64,000 bases of DNA from an uncultured Clostridia bacterium. Lineage in GTDB: Bacteria > Bacillota > Dehalobacteriia > UBA4068 > CALXSR01. The notes under the pieces were generated by a model. The model worked only from the letters and a program-made list of their open reading frames with translations, ran no database searches and was not told where the DNA came from. Location: NCBI GenBank assembly GCA_944391215.1, contig CALXSR010000030.1:11002-75001 (forward strand), given 5' to 3'. Below are positions 28,861-38,089 of this stretch, in pieces (position 1 is the stretch's first letter; each line of letters begins with the position of its first letter). The translations under genes were made by a program, and so were the position numbers.

Positions 28861-29604
28861 TTAACGGGCAAATACATGGTTACCGATTTGCACTTGAATA
28901 TCGCGGCTGCTTAAAAATTTGCTTTTTACAGCCGTTTTAGGGTTCCAGAAATAAAGGGCGTTATTGGTGGGGTCTGTTCCTGCCATGGCGTCCTTTACGG
29001 CTTTATAGGCCTTGTCATTGGGTTTTAAGTTGATTTGGTTATCGTTTACCACCGAAAATTGACGTGGGGCGTAGACGATATCGTAAATACTATTAGGGAA
29101 TTGGTTGCTTTCTAGGCGATTTAAAATAACAGCTGCCACTGCCACCTGGCCTTCATAAGGTTCCCCACGAGATTCGCCATATACCACGCGGGCGATTAGA
29201 TTAATATCGTTTTCGCTCAAATCATAAACATTAGCTTGTTGTTTTTTAATTGTCGCAGGGATTGCTAAAACTTGTCCAGGATGCAGTAATGTGGTTTTTA
29301 GGCGGTTAAATTCTTCCAGTTGGCTAACCGTAACCCCTATTTTTTTGGCGATAAAAGTTAAAGTATCTCCCGGCTGAACGGTATATTCTTCGCTTACTTT
29401 TAATATCTGCTGCGGATGGATTAAGCTGCTTGATAGCTGGTTCCAGGTCATCAGGTCTTTTACAGTACAGTCGTATTTTTTAGCGATATTATAAAGGTTA
29501 TCGCCGGCTTGTACCGTATAATTTAGCCCTAGCGCGGTAGTAGAAAGGCCGCATACCAGGATACTGCCAAGTAAGCAAGAAAAAAACAGGTTCTTTTTGT
29601 TCAT
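28861..29604 (-). CDS. Secreted cell-wall hydrolase with two LysM domains and a SleB/CwlJ-type Hydrolase_2 domain
   Basis: Signal peptide, then 2x LysM (YTVQAGDNLYNIAKKY, YTVQPGDTLTFIAKKI), then Hydrolase_2 (VYGESRGEPYEGQVAVAAVILNR). RBS ggaggagg. Confidence 0.75.
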   Translation of the reverse strand: MNKKNLFFSCLLGSILVCGLSTTALGLNYTVQAGDNLYNIAKKYDCTVKDLMTWNQLSSSLIHPQQILKVSEEYTVQPGDTLTFIAKKIGVTVSQLEEFNRLKTTLLHPGQVLAIPATIKKQQANVYDLSENDINLIARVVYGESRGEPYEGQVAVAAVILNRLESNQFPNSIYDIVYAPRQFSVVNDNQINLKPNDKAYKAVKDAMAGTDPTNNALYFWNPKTAVKSKFLSSRDIQVQIGNHVFAR

Positions 29605-29831
29605 TTGGTTTTTCCTCCTCCTTTTGGTAATTTCCGGGGGAAACCCCATGTTTTACCATATGAAGAAAGCATTGCCCAAAAAAACTTTCCTTATTCATGA
29701 ACCAAATACTTTTTTTGCTAATACCATAAAGAAAAATAAAAAAGGACTTGATTTTATAGCCTTTTTTTCTTATTCTTTATGGAGAAGCTATAAGGTATGA
29801 AATCAGTTTTCAAAAAGGAGGGTGGTTGATC

Positions 29832-29990
29832 ATGAAGAAATATGGTTGTTCCGTTTGCGGATATGTATACGACCCGGAAATTGGCGATCCTGAACACGGC
29901 ATTGCCCCTGGTACTGAATTTGAAGATTTGCCCGCTGATTGGACTTGTCCTGATTGTGGTGTTGATAAAGATTTGTTTGAAGAACTCTAA
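29832..29990 (+). CDS. rub: Rubredoxin
   Basis: 52 aa, [52 protein letters not shown], with CxxCG and CPxCG iron ligands. RBS aaaggagg. Too short for the ORF track, which lists a spurious out-of-frame ORF 29842..30051 here. Confidence 0.85.
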   Translation: MKKYGCSVCGYVYDPEIGDPEHGIAPGTEFEDLPADWTCPDCGVDKDLFEEL

Positions 29991-30003
29991 GAAGCACTTA
30001 AAA

Positions 30004-30039
30004 AAAGCCGCAGCAAAAACTGCGGCTTTTTTCCTTTTT
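30004..30039 (+). terminator. Rho-independent terminator after rubredoxin
   Basis: aaagccgcagcaaaaactgcggctttttt. Confidence 0.7.
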
Positions 30040-30081
30040 GGGGTAAAATAAAAGCATTGGCAAGAAAGATAGGAGGGTAAA

Positions 30082-30600
30082 ATGGATTTTGTAATTTTAA
30101 ATTGGCTGCAAGCGCATATTACAAATGGCTTTTTTGACCCTATTATGGTTTTTATAACGCATCTGGGGGATCATGGTTTGATATGGGTTCTTTTGTCGGT
30201 GGCGTTGCTTTTTACAAAGAAATACCGCAAGTGGGGAATTTTGGCATTATTGGCTTTGTTATGCGGTCATATTTTGGGCAATGTAATCATAAAGCCATGG
30301 ATACAAAGGCCGCGCCCTTTTTCCTTTGTGCCGGATATGACTTTATTGATACTGCCGCCGACTGATTTTTCCTTCCCATCCGGACATACCATGTCTTCTT
30401 TTATTGCGGCTACTGTTTTCTTTTTTATGGACCGAAAAATGGGGCTTTTGGCCTATTGTTTGGCAGCTTTGATTTCCTTTTCGCGTCTTTACTTGTACGT
30501 GCACTTTCCCAGTGATGTTTTATCTGGCGCTATTCTTGGTGTTTTGCTGGCCTGGGGGCTATGTCTACTGTTTTTGCGCTTTTGTCGTAAGCAGGAATAA
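30082..30600 (+). CDS. PAP2-family lipid phosphatase (undecaprenyl-diphosphatase/PgpB-like)
   Basis: PAP2 motifs KPWIQRPRP, PSGH and SRLYLYVHFPSD. 172 aa, multi-TM. Confidence 0.8.
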   Translation: MDFVILNWLQAHITNGFFDPIMVFITHLGDHGLIWVLLSVALLFTKKYRKWGILALLALLCGHILGNVIIKPWIQRPRPFSFVPDMTLLILPPTDFSFPSGHTMSSFIAATVFFFMDRKMGLLAYCLAALISFSRLYLYVHFPSDVLSGAILGVLLAWGLCLLFLRFCRKQE

Positions 30601-30645
30601 AACCTCCTTTTGTGGAATCTTCTTCCTACAAGAGGGGGGCTTTTT

Positions 30646-31896
30646 TTGGATATTTTTCAAGTAATGGTAGCTGTTTTGTTTGGCTGCGTGATCATAGCGG
30701 CAGTGCTTTCAGAATATTTAAAACGAAAAATAAGTCTGTTAACCGGACAATTACAAGCGGATTGGCAAAAAGAAATTTATGCGTTACGTGAAGAAATGAG
30801 CAATTTAATGGAAAAGCAAACCAATCAGCTTTTAAGCAGACAAGGGGAAATTGCCGGTTTGCAAAATCAGCAAATTCATAGCGTAACCGTGGCCAATGAG
30901 GAACGGATGAACCGTTTGGAAGAAAAGGTTTCCTTACATTTGGAAAAAATACGCGAGGATAATAATGCCCGTTTGAAAGAAATGCGGATGACGGTAGAAG
31001 AACAGCTGCAAAGCAATTTGGATAAAAAATTAGGCGAATCCTTTAAACAAGTGAGCGAACGATTGGAACAAGTGTATAAAGGCCTGGGCGAAATGCAAAA
31101 TTTAGCGGTAGGCGTAGGCGATTTGAAAAAAGTTTTAAGCAATATTAAAACGCGTGGTACTTGGGGAGAAGTGCAGCTAGGGAATTTATTAGAACAAATT
31201 TTGGCGCCGGAACAGTATGAAGCCAATGTTATGACCAAACCCAATAGCAATGCCCGGGTGGAATATGCAGTGAAAATGCCTGGTAAAAATGAAGAATCTG
31301 GAAGCATTTGGTTGCCTATTGACGCTAAATTTCCGATGGAATCCTATCAAGCATTGTTGCAAGCGCAAGAGGATGGCGACAGCAATCAGATTCATGTTGC
31401 AACCAAGCAATTAGAAATAGAACTGAAAAAAGAAGGCAAAATGATTCATGATAAATATTTAGATCCGCCGCAAACAACAGATTTTGCCCTATTGTTTTTG
31501 CCGGTAGAGGGGCTTTATGCAGAAGTATTGCGTATCCCCGGTTTAACGGATACTTTGCAAAGAGATTTACGGGTTATGGTGGCTGGACCTACTACTTTGG
31601 CGGCTTTATTGAACAGTTTGCAAATGGGCTTTCGTACTTTGGCGGTTGAAAAGAAGGCCGGGGAAGCTTGGCAACTGCTGGGTGCTATTAAAACGGAATT
31701 TGGCCGTTTTGGACAAATACTAGCCAAAACGCAAAAGAAATTACAAGAAGCATCTAATACCATTGAGGATGCCGGCAAACGCAGCCGGGCCATTGAACGG
31801 AAATTACGCCAGGTGGAAGAATTACCGCAGGAAAAGGCGACGGAACTTTTACCGGAAAACTGGTTTGCCGTAGAGGGGGACGAAAATGAAGAATGA
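30646..31896 (+). CDS. rmuC: DNA recombination protein RmuC
   Basis: N-terminal TM, long coiled-coil, RmuC C-terminal domain. Start is ambiguous: TTG at 30646 after agagggggg, or ATG at 30664. Confidence 0.8.
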   Translation: MDIFQVMVAVLFGCVIIAAVLSEYLKRKISLLTGQLQADWQKEIYALREEMSNLMEKQTNQLLSRQGEIAGLQNQQIHSVTVANEERMNRLEEKVSLHLEKIREDNNARLKEMRMTVEEQLQSNLDKKLGESFKQVSERLEQVYKGLGEMQNLAVGVGDLKKVLSNIKTRGTWGEVQLGNLLEQILAPEQYEANVMTKPNSNARVEYAVKMPGKNEESGSIWLPIDAKFPMESYQALLQAQEDGDSNQIHVATKQLEIELKKEGKMIHDKYLDPPQTTDFALLFLPVEGLYAEVLRIPGLTDTLQRDLRVMVAGPTTLAALLNSLQMGFRTLAVEKKAGEAWQLLGAIKTEFGRFGQILAKTQKKLQEASNTIEDAGKRSRAIERKLRQVEELPQEKATELLPENWFAVEGDENEE

Positions 31897-32671
31897 TTTG
31901 ACAATTTTATCATGGAATGTGAACGGCTTGCGGGCGGCCGCTAAAAAAGGATTGCGGGATTGGATTTTGGAGCAAAATCCGGATATTCTCTGTTTACAGG
32001 AAACCAAAGCACAGAAAGAACAATTACCGGGAGAAATTCGGGAAATCCCCGGTTATCATAGTTTTTTTGCTTCTGCGCAAAGACCCGGTTATAGCGGGGT
32101 GGCCATTTATAGTAAAAAAGAACCACAAAGAGTGCAGATAGGATTTGGAGTGGATGATTTTGATCGGGAAGGCCGAGTATTGATTGCCGATTATGAGGAT
32201 TTTTCTTTGTTAAATTGCTATTTCCCTAATGGCAGCGCTTCCCCGGAACGGCTTGCTTATAAAATGGCTTTTTATGAATTTTTGTTAACCTATTTGCAAG
32301 ATAGACAGTCGACCATTGTTTGTGGAGATGTAAATACAGCCCATACGGAATTGGATTTGGCGCGTCCCAAAGAAAATGAGAAAGTTTCCGGCTTTTTACC
32401 CCAAGAAAGGGATTGGATTGATCGATTTTTACAAAGCGGTTATGTTGATACCTTCCGCATGTACCATACGGAAGGGGAGCAATATACTTGGTGGGATATG
32501 AAAACCAGGGCCAGAAGCCGCAATGTGGGCTGGCGTTTGGATTATTTCTTTGCCCCGGAAGCATTAAAAAAGAGGATAAAAGACGCTTTTATCCTCAGTG
32601 AAGTGTTGGGTTCCGATCATTGCCCGATTGGTATTTTGTTGCAAGCGGAGGCCGGGCAAGAATCCAAATGA
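31886..32671 (+). CDS. xth: Exodeoxyribonuclease III (AP endonuclease)
   Basis: [10 protein letters not shown]...LCLQETK N-terminus and C-terminal GSDHCP motif. Start overlaps the rmuC stop. Confidence 0.9.
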   Translation: MKNDLTILSWNVNGLRAAAKKGLRDWILEQNPDILCLQETKAQKEQLPGEIREIPGYHSFFASAQRPGYSGVAIYSKKEPQRVQIGFGVDDFDREGRVLIADYEDFSLLNCYFPNGSASPERLAYKMAFYEFLLTYLQDRQSTIVCGDVNTAHTELDLARPKENEKVSGFLPQERDWIDRFLQSGYVDTFRMYHTEGEQYTWWDMKTRARSRNVGWRLDYFFAPEALKKRIKDAFILSEVLGSDHCPIGILLQAEAGQESK

Positions 32672-32731
32672 TGACGGCCTGCACTTTGGCATTGCCAAAG
32701 TGGGGCAAGTCTTTTTTACGACGTTGCAAGT

Positions 32732-33925
32732 TTAAAAATAATCGTGAATATAGTTTTGACAAGGAGGAAAAAGCTGGCCGGCATAAGCCAAAACGCTTTT
32801 TTCTCCTTTTATTTTACCCTCCTGTTGTAACTGTTGTATACTGCGATACCCTAAAAGCAGAGCGGTAAAGGAGGCAATATCCGTATCAATTGTAATTTGT
32901 TCCCGCAAGGGTATAGCATTTTCCGCTATTGTGGTAACGGTAGGGCCCAAACAATGGCAGGCTTGGTTTTTTATCACTTTTATTTGCACTTTACCATATT
33001 GGATATCCATCCAATATGGTTGTTCGTTTTGTGGGCATAAGGGGTCCTTGATGCGCCATATGATTTGCCCGTTTTCATGATGCGCATAAGAAAGCGATTG
33101 CAAGACAAAAGGTACCGAAGCCACCCTGCCCATCATGAAGGGTTGCGGTTTTTCTAAGGTTGGCAATTGCGGTAGAGCAATGGCCGAGGAAAAGGAAGAA
33201 AGCGACCCTTCTTCTTTGGCTTTTTGCAGTAAAAAAGCAAATTCTGTTTGGCTGGTAAAGGCGCAATCGGTAATGGTGATTCCACCTTCTTTTTTCGTAT
33301 AAAACAAGTATGCTTTGGCGCTGAATAAAATATGTCCGTTTTCTAATGATAAATCTTGTAAAATCGCTTGCCAATTGCGGTTATCCCTTATGGTATACCC
33401 GTGGTAGGAAGCGCAAAATTGGCGATAGAGATCGGCAAAGAAAACAATTTCCTTTTTGCCTGCTGCGGCCGTCATTTTTTGATAAGGAACAGGCGGCGCC
33501 GGATTTGCAGGAACCGCATATTGTTGTAAATCATAACCGTAAGCCCAGCCCATTTTGGCATAAAAAGGCGGAATGGCCGGTAGTAACATGGTATAGTATT
33601 CTTTGCGGTCGGTAACCATTTTCGCCAAGGAATAGGTTAGCAGTTGTTTGGCTAAACCTCGATTACGAGCATATTCCCAAGTGCCCATCCCAACCAAATA
33701 ATTGATGGAAAATGGTTTACCGCGCAGCAGAATCGTATAAGGAATCAATTGCAAGGCGGAAAGAATTTGCCCGTTTTCCTCCACAATCATGGTGTTTTGT
33801 GGCTGATAATAATTGGTAAAATACCAATCAGCAAAAGCCGGCGGATCGGCAAAACAGTGTTGCCATAATTCTATTATTTTATTTTTTTCCTCTTGGTGGG
33901 CGGTACGAAAACAAAGTACCATCAT
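32732..33925 (-). CDS. Eis-like GNAT N-acetyltransferase (tandem GNAT-fold domains plus C-terminal SCP2-like domain)
   Basis: About 398 aa. Acetyl-CoA-binding region ARNRGLAKQLLTYSL and the three-domain length typical of the Eis family. Separated by about 8-14 nt from the upstream DUF2156 gene. Start is ambiguous (ATG 33922/33925, GTG 33931). Confidence 0.6.
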   Translation of the reverse strand: MMVLCFRTAHQEEKNKIIELWQHCFADPPAFADWYFTNYYQPQNTMIVEENGQILSALQLIPYTILLRGKPFSINYLVGMGTWEYARNRGLAKQLLTYSLAKMVTDRKEYYTMLLPAIPPFYAKMGWAYGYDLQQYAVPANPAPPVPYQKMTAAAGKKEIVFFADLYRQFCASYHGYTIRDNRNWQAILQDLSLENGHILFSAKAYLFYTKKEGGITITDCAFTSQTEFAFLLQKAKEEGSLSSFSSAIALPQLPTLEKPQPFMMGRVASVPFVLQSLSYAHHENGQIIWRIKDPLCPQNEQPYWMDIQYGKVQIKVIKNQACHCLGPTVTTIAENAIPLREQITIDTDIASFTALLLGYRSIQQLQQEGKIKGEKSVLAYAGQLFPPCQNYIHDYF

Positions 33926-33938
33926 CAACACCTGCTTT

Positions 33939-34844
33939 TTAGGTTAATGGTTCTAACACATCATATTTCATTTCTAAATAAGCTGGTTTGTAATCCATTT
34001 TTGCTTTGCGCAAACCGGGTAAGCCCATATCTTCCGCACGATTGATGTACTCGTAGTCGGACCAGAAATGGTTGACAAAATCCTGATTGATCGTGGGATA
34101 AATGCCTTGTATTTCCGCATTGGCTTTTTCAAAATGAATGCAAACCATTTTATCACTAATGGGTTCGCCCATGGTAAAAGCCTGAATTTCATCGTCGACG
34201 ACGATGATGGCGCCTTGGAAATTCAAAATACCGAAATGATCCAATGCGTCCATTAAAGCCTGCCGTTCCGAGCGCAAAGAAGGGTCGTTTTCCACCCCGC
34301 GGCTTTCATACCATTCTTCTAACCGAATGCGGCTGGGTTCGATCCATTCTTTGGTTAAAGGGATAAATTGGTAATCGGGATGATCCTTTTTAAAATGACG
34401 GATATGGTTCCTTTTCCCATTATAAGAACGCCCTATTAAATTAGCCAAATCGCTTCTGTTGTAAACATAATCGGCTGCATTGCGATTTTCTTTAAATTGA
34501 AAACGGCCCGGATATAATTTTTCCAGTCTGGCCTTTTCCCGATTGGTAATTTCGGTTAAACGGAAAGGCATTTCTTTTTCTCTAAAATAATCTTGTAGCA
34601 ATTCCATGCCGTGGGCAAATTCATCATCTTCTACCGCTACTGGGGGAAAGGCTGCAACCCCGTCTGGAAAACAGCTATTGATTAATAAAATATGATCCTT
34701 TTGCGCCCAATGAAAATGGAAAGACTTGCGCCATAAGTATAAAGTGGAAAACATATATTCTATGGTGCTGGGCTGATAACGCTTAAAATGGTTTTCAAAA
34801 ATTTCTTTGTCTTCTAATTCAATATTTTTAAATTTCAAAATCAT
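33939..34844 (-). CDS. Stand-alone DUF2156 protein (homolog of the MprF C-terminal aminoacyl-tRNA-dependent transferase domain)
   Basis: About 301 aa from MILKFKNIELEDKE. The segment DYVYNRSDLANLIGRSYNGKRNHIRHFKK matches the DUF2156 core. No N-terminal flippase or TM domain. Confidence 0.55.
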   Translation of the reverse strand: MILKFKNIELEDKEIFENHFKRYQPSTIEYMFSTLYLWRKSFHFHWAQKDHILLINSCFPDGVAAFPPVAVEDDEFAHGMELLQDYFREKEMPFRLTEITNREKARLEKLYPGRFQFKENRNAADYVYNRSDLANLIGRSYNGKRNHIRHFKKDHPDYQFIPLTKEWIEPSRIRLEEWYESRGVENDPSLRSERQALMDALDHFGILNFQGAIIVVDDEIQAFTMGEPISDKMVCIHFEKANAEIQGIYPTINQDFVNHFWSDYEYINRAEDMGLPGLRKAKMDYKPAYLEMKYDVLEPLT

Positions 34845-34919
34845 AACAAGACCTACACTTTTCTTATGATAAATTTTACTTGCAATTCTACGCTTAATAT
34901 TATACTCTCTTAAATAGAA

Positions 34920-35693
34920 TTGCAAAAAAGGGGAGAAATCATTACGGATACTTCAATCGCTTTTGTCATAGGGCCTTTTACAGTGCGTTGGTATGGTATT
35001 ATCATTAGTTTGGCCATTTTGTTTGGGATTGTTATTGCCGCTCATTTGGCCAAAAAAATGGGAGAAGATACCGACGATTTAATCAATATTGCTTTAATTG
35101 CCGTACCCCTGGCTATTTTAGGAGCCAGATTATATTACGTGGCTTTTAACTGGGACTTTTATAGTCAAAATCCGGCGGAAATTTTGAAAACCTGGCATGG
35201 CGGCATGGCCATCCATGGGGCGGTTTTAGCCGGTATTTTGGTTGTTTTTTTCTATACTAAAATGAAGGACCTTTGTTTTCGCCGTTGGTTGGATATTTTA
35301 TGCGTTCCTTTAATTTTGGGGCAAGCTGTTGGCCGTTGGGGCAATTTTTTTAATCAGGAAGCATATGGGTATGAAACCAATATGCCTTGGGCCATGTATA
35401 TTGATGGCGCATATCGACATCCGACCTTTTTATATGAATCCTTGTGGGATTTGGCGGTTTTTCTTTTGTTATTATATATTTTTAAAAAATGTCGCTATAA
35501 AACAGGCGATTTAGCCGCCTGTTACTTGGTTGGTTATTCTTTGGGACGTTTTTTTATCGAACAGTTACGTACCGATAGTTTAATGATGGGCCCCATTCGG
35601 GTGGCGGTTTTTGTTAGCTTTATTGGCATTTTGGCCGGTATCGTATTGTTTTACTTAAACCGTAAATTTGAGGCGCCTAAAAAGAATCTCTAG
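34920..35693 (+). CDS. lgt: Prolipoprotein diacylglyceryl transferase
   Basis: FVIGPFTVRWYGIIISLAILFG matches the Lgt N-terminus (B. subtilis IAFQLGPLSVHWYGIII). GNFFNQE signature present. 257 aa. Confidence 0.85.
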   Translation: MQKRGEIITDTSIAFVIGPFTVRWYGIIISLAILFGIVIAAHLAKKMGEDTDDLINIALIAVPLAILGARLYYVAFNWDFYSQNPAEILKTWHGGMAIHGAVLAGILVVFFYTKMKDLCFRRWLDILCVPLILGQAVGRWGNFFNQEAYGYETNMPWAMYIDGAYRHPTFLYESLWDLAVFLLLLYIFKKCRYKTGDLAACYLVGYSLGRFFIEQLRTDSLMMGPIRVAVFVSFIGILAGIVLFYLNRKFEAPKKNL

Positions 35694-35908
35694 TAAGAGT
35701 GAATATCGATATCGCTGGGTTCTTCTGGTATAATAATAACAGCCAAAAAATAGATGAGTACCGAAGCGCCCCAAGAGATAAATATGGTTAAAACCCATAA
35801 TAAACGTATGATGGTAGGATCAATACCGAAGCGCACACCAATTCCGCCACAAACGCCGGCGATCATTCGCTCTTTCCGAGAGCGGTATAATTTACTGCTT
35901 AAATCCAT
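35690..35908 (-). CDS. PspC-domain membrane protein
   Basis: 72 aa. RMIAGVCGGIGVRFGIDPTIIRLLWVL is the PspC domain signature, followed by a TM helix. RBS aaaggag. Confidence 0.7.
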   Translation of the reverse strand: MDLSSKLYRSRKERMIAGVCGGIGVRFGIDPTIIRLLWVLTIFISWGASVLIYFLAVIIIPEEPSDIDIHSY

Positions 35909-36156
35909 GATTCATTACTCCTTTATAGTAGGAACACATATCTGTAAAGCATCAAAAGAACTTCTTTTTTTGGACGATACAAACGCTGTTTTCTTGATAT
36001 CGTTAATGGCATTTTGGCCAATTCCGCTGCATTTTTTGTTCTTTTCCCATATGACAAGTAATTATTTGATTTCTTACTGTTTCAAATTATATCATAAAAT
36101 TAAATTTTGGCAAAGTTTGCCCTTTTCTATAACGGATTTGAAAGGATTGTTGTAAG

Positions 36157-37521
36157 ATGGATAAAAAGTATGACGTATTGGTAATTGGCGCCGGTCCTGG
36201 CGGCTATGTGGCTGCGATAGAAGCGGCGCAGCTGGGCGCCAAAACGGCGATTGCTGAAAAAACGGCTTTTGGCGGCACCTGTTTAAACCGAGGATGCATC
36301 CCTACCAAAGCGCTGTTAGCTTGCGGGGAAAAGGCAGCTGATATGCAAAAACATGCTAAAGATTTTGGTTTAGAAGTGCCGGAAGTCATTTTGCATTTTG
36401 AACAGATGCAAAAAAGGAAAGAACGCATTGTGATGAAGATGCGCAAAGGCATAGAATTTTTAATGAAACAAAATCAGATTACAACCTATTGCGGAGAGGC
36501 TTCTTTTGTGGATATGCATCATGTACAAATTGGGGAAGAGGTGGTTTTTGCAGATAAGATTATCATTGCCACCGGTTCTGTGCCGCGTAAATTACGCTTT
36601 TTGGGTGAAAATGCACGTCTGCTGGATAGCGATCAATTATTGCAGATCGATCATATTCCGCAGTCCCTTATCATTATTGGCGGCGGAGTAATTGGGGTGG
36701 AATTTAGTAATGTGATGCAAAATTTAGGTTGTCAAGTAACCATTGTGGAAATGCTGCCGGAGATATTGCCGCCGGTAGATGGGGAATTGGCCAAAACATT
36801 GCATAAAGAGCTGCAAAAGCAGGGAATAAAAATTATGACTGCAGCAAAAGTATTAAAAGCAGAAGATGACGGCCAGCAAGCGGTAGTAACGGTAGAAAAA
36901 GAAGATGGCTTGCAAACGGAGCTTAACGCTGAGCTGGTATTAGTTGCGCCGGGGCGCGCTGCTTATTGGGACGGTTTAAGTTTAGAAAATGCCGGTGTGC
37001 AGTATGAAAAAAACGGGATTCTTGTTAACGAAAACTTACAGACCAATATTCCCCATATTTATGCGATTGGCGACGTGTTGGGCAAAGTACAACTGGCCCA
37101 TTTGGCTTCGGCGCAAGGAATTTGTGCGGCAGGGCATGCTTTGCAGAAAAAAAGAAAGATCGATTGCGGTGTGATTCCCAGCTGTATTTATACTTCTCCA
37201 GAGGTGGCAGGCGTTGGTTTGACAGAAGAAGAGTGCCAAAAACAAAAGATAAATTATGCGGTTAGTAAATTTTTATTTCAAAACAATGGGAAAGCGCAAA
37301 CATTGGGCATGGGCGGTTTCTTAAAATTATTATATGAAAAAGAAACTAAAAAAATATTAGGATTGCATATTATAGGCCCCCATGCTACCGATTTGATTGC
37401 AGAAGGTGCCTTGGCGATGGTAAATGATTTAACGGTTAGCGATATTGCCAAAACGGTGCATCCGCATCCTACTTTAAGTGAAGCATTATGGGAAGCGGCG
37501 CGGGAAGCGGAAAAAGAATAA
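36157..37521 (+). CDS. lpd: Dihydrolipoyl dehydrogenase (E3)
   Basis: FAD motif VIGAGPGGY, redox-active disulfide GGTCLNRGCIPTK, NAD motif and C-terminal HPHPTLSE. No E1/E2 genes adjacent. Confidence 0.9.
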   Translation: MDKKYDVLVIGAGPGGYVAAIEAAQLGAKTAIAEKTAFGGTCLNRGCIPTKALLACGEKAADMQKHAKDFGLEVPEVILHFEQMQKRKERIVMKMRKGIEFLMKQNQITTYCGEASFVDMHHVQIGEEVVFADKIIIATGSVPRKLRFLGENARLLDSDQLLQIDHIPQSLIIIGGGVIGVEFSNVMQNLGCQVTIVEMLPEILPPVDGELAKTLHKELQKQGIKIMTAAKVLKAEDDGQQAVVTVEKEDGLQTELNAELVLVAPGRAAYWDGLSLENAGVQYEKNGILVNENLQTNIPHIYAIGDVLGKVQLAHLASAQGICAAGHALQKKRKIDCGVIPSCIYTSPEVAGVGLTEEECQKQKINYAVSKFLFQNNGKAQTLGMGGFLKLLYEKETKKILGLHIIGPHATDLIAEGALAMVNDLTVSDIAKTVHPHPTLSEALWEAAREAEKE

Positions 37522-37545
37522 GCTGAAAAAGAATAAAAGGATAAG

Positions 37546-37576
37546 AAAAAGGAAAGCGATCGCTTTCCTTTTTTGT
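37546..37576. terminator. Bidirectional Rho-independent terminator between lpd and the XRE gene
   Basis: aaaaaggaaagcgatcgctttccttttttg. Confidence 0.7.
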
Positions 37577-37577
37577 T

Positions 37578-37943
37578 TTATGGATGCATTTCATGTGTTT
37601 TGCGGAATACTTCGATAAAACGGGCAATTTCTTGTAATTGGTCATCTTCGCAATCATCTAAGGAAGCCACTGCTTTTGCCAAAGCCGGGCAACGTTCTAA
37701 GGCGCTGGGAGTGTTTTCTACCGTTTCTTTTTTTAAATAACCGGATTTTTCTAAGAGATTTTCGGTCATAACCCCCAAATGCGGCGCTATTTTTTTTAAA
37801 ATAATAGGAGAAGGCATTTTCCGCGAACCGGTTTCAATACGGCTGATTTCTGAATTGCTCACACCGGATAGTTTGGCAAGCGTGCGCAAAGACATCCTTT
37901 TTTTTAAGCGCAGTTGCCGAATATATTCTCCTAATAAGGCCAT
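37578..37943 (-). CDS. XRE-family helix-turn-helix transcriptional regulator
   Basis: About 121 aa. HTH region LSLRTLAKLSGVSNSEISRIETG. Divergent from the YhgE/Pip gene. Confidence 0.7.
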   Translation of the reverse strand: MALLGEYIRQLRLKKRMSLRTLAKLSGVSNSEISRIETGSRKMPSPIILKKIAPHLGVMTENLLEKSGYLKKETVENTPSALERCPALAKAVASLDDCEDDQLQEIARFIEVFRKTHEMHP

Positions 37944-38008
37944 AACCATTACCCCTTTCTACTTTTCCTTTATATGATAAAATATTTGCTGTCATTTAGC
38001 AATATTTA

Positions 38009-38038
38009 TTTTTTTGTGTTGACAATTAGCAGCACAAC
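38009..38038 (+). promoter_or_regulatory. Sigma-70-type promoter for the YhgE/Pip gene
   Basis: TTGACA-N18-TATAAT about 50 nt upstream of the start. Confidence 0.5.
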
Positions 38039-38089
38039 GTTCTATAATACGGTTGCAATGCTTTATGAAAAGATAGAAAGGAATATGGT

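Noticed and set aside
29842-30051. 69-aa ORF in the track between the SleB-like gene and PAP2
   Set aside because: It is out of frame with, and overlaps, the clear rubredoxin CDS (29832..29990). It has a low-complexity hydrophobic sequence, no RBS, and runs through the rubredoxin terminator.
30876-31913. Minus-strand ORFs inside rmuC (143, 73, 132 aa)
   Set aside because: They are antisense to the well-supported rmuC, with no RBS or domain signal.
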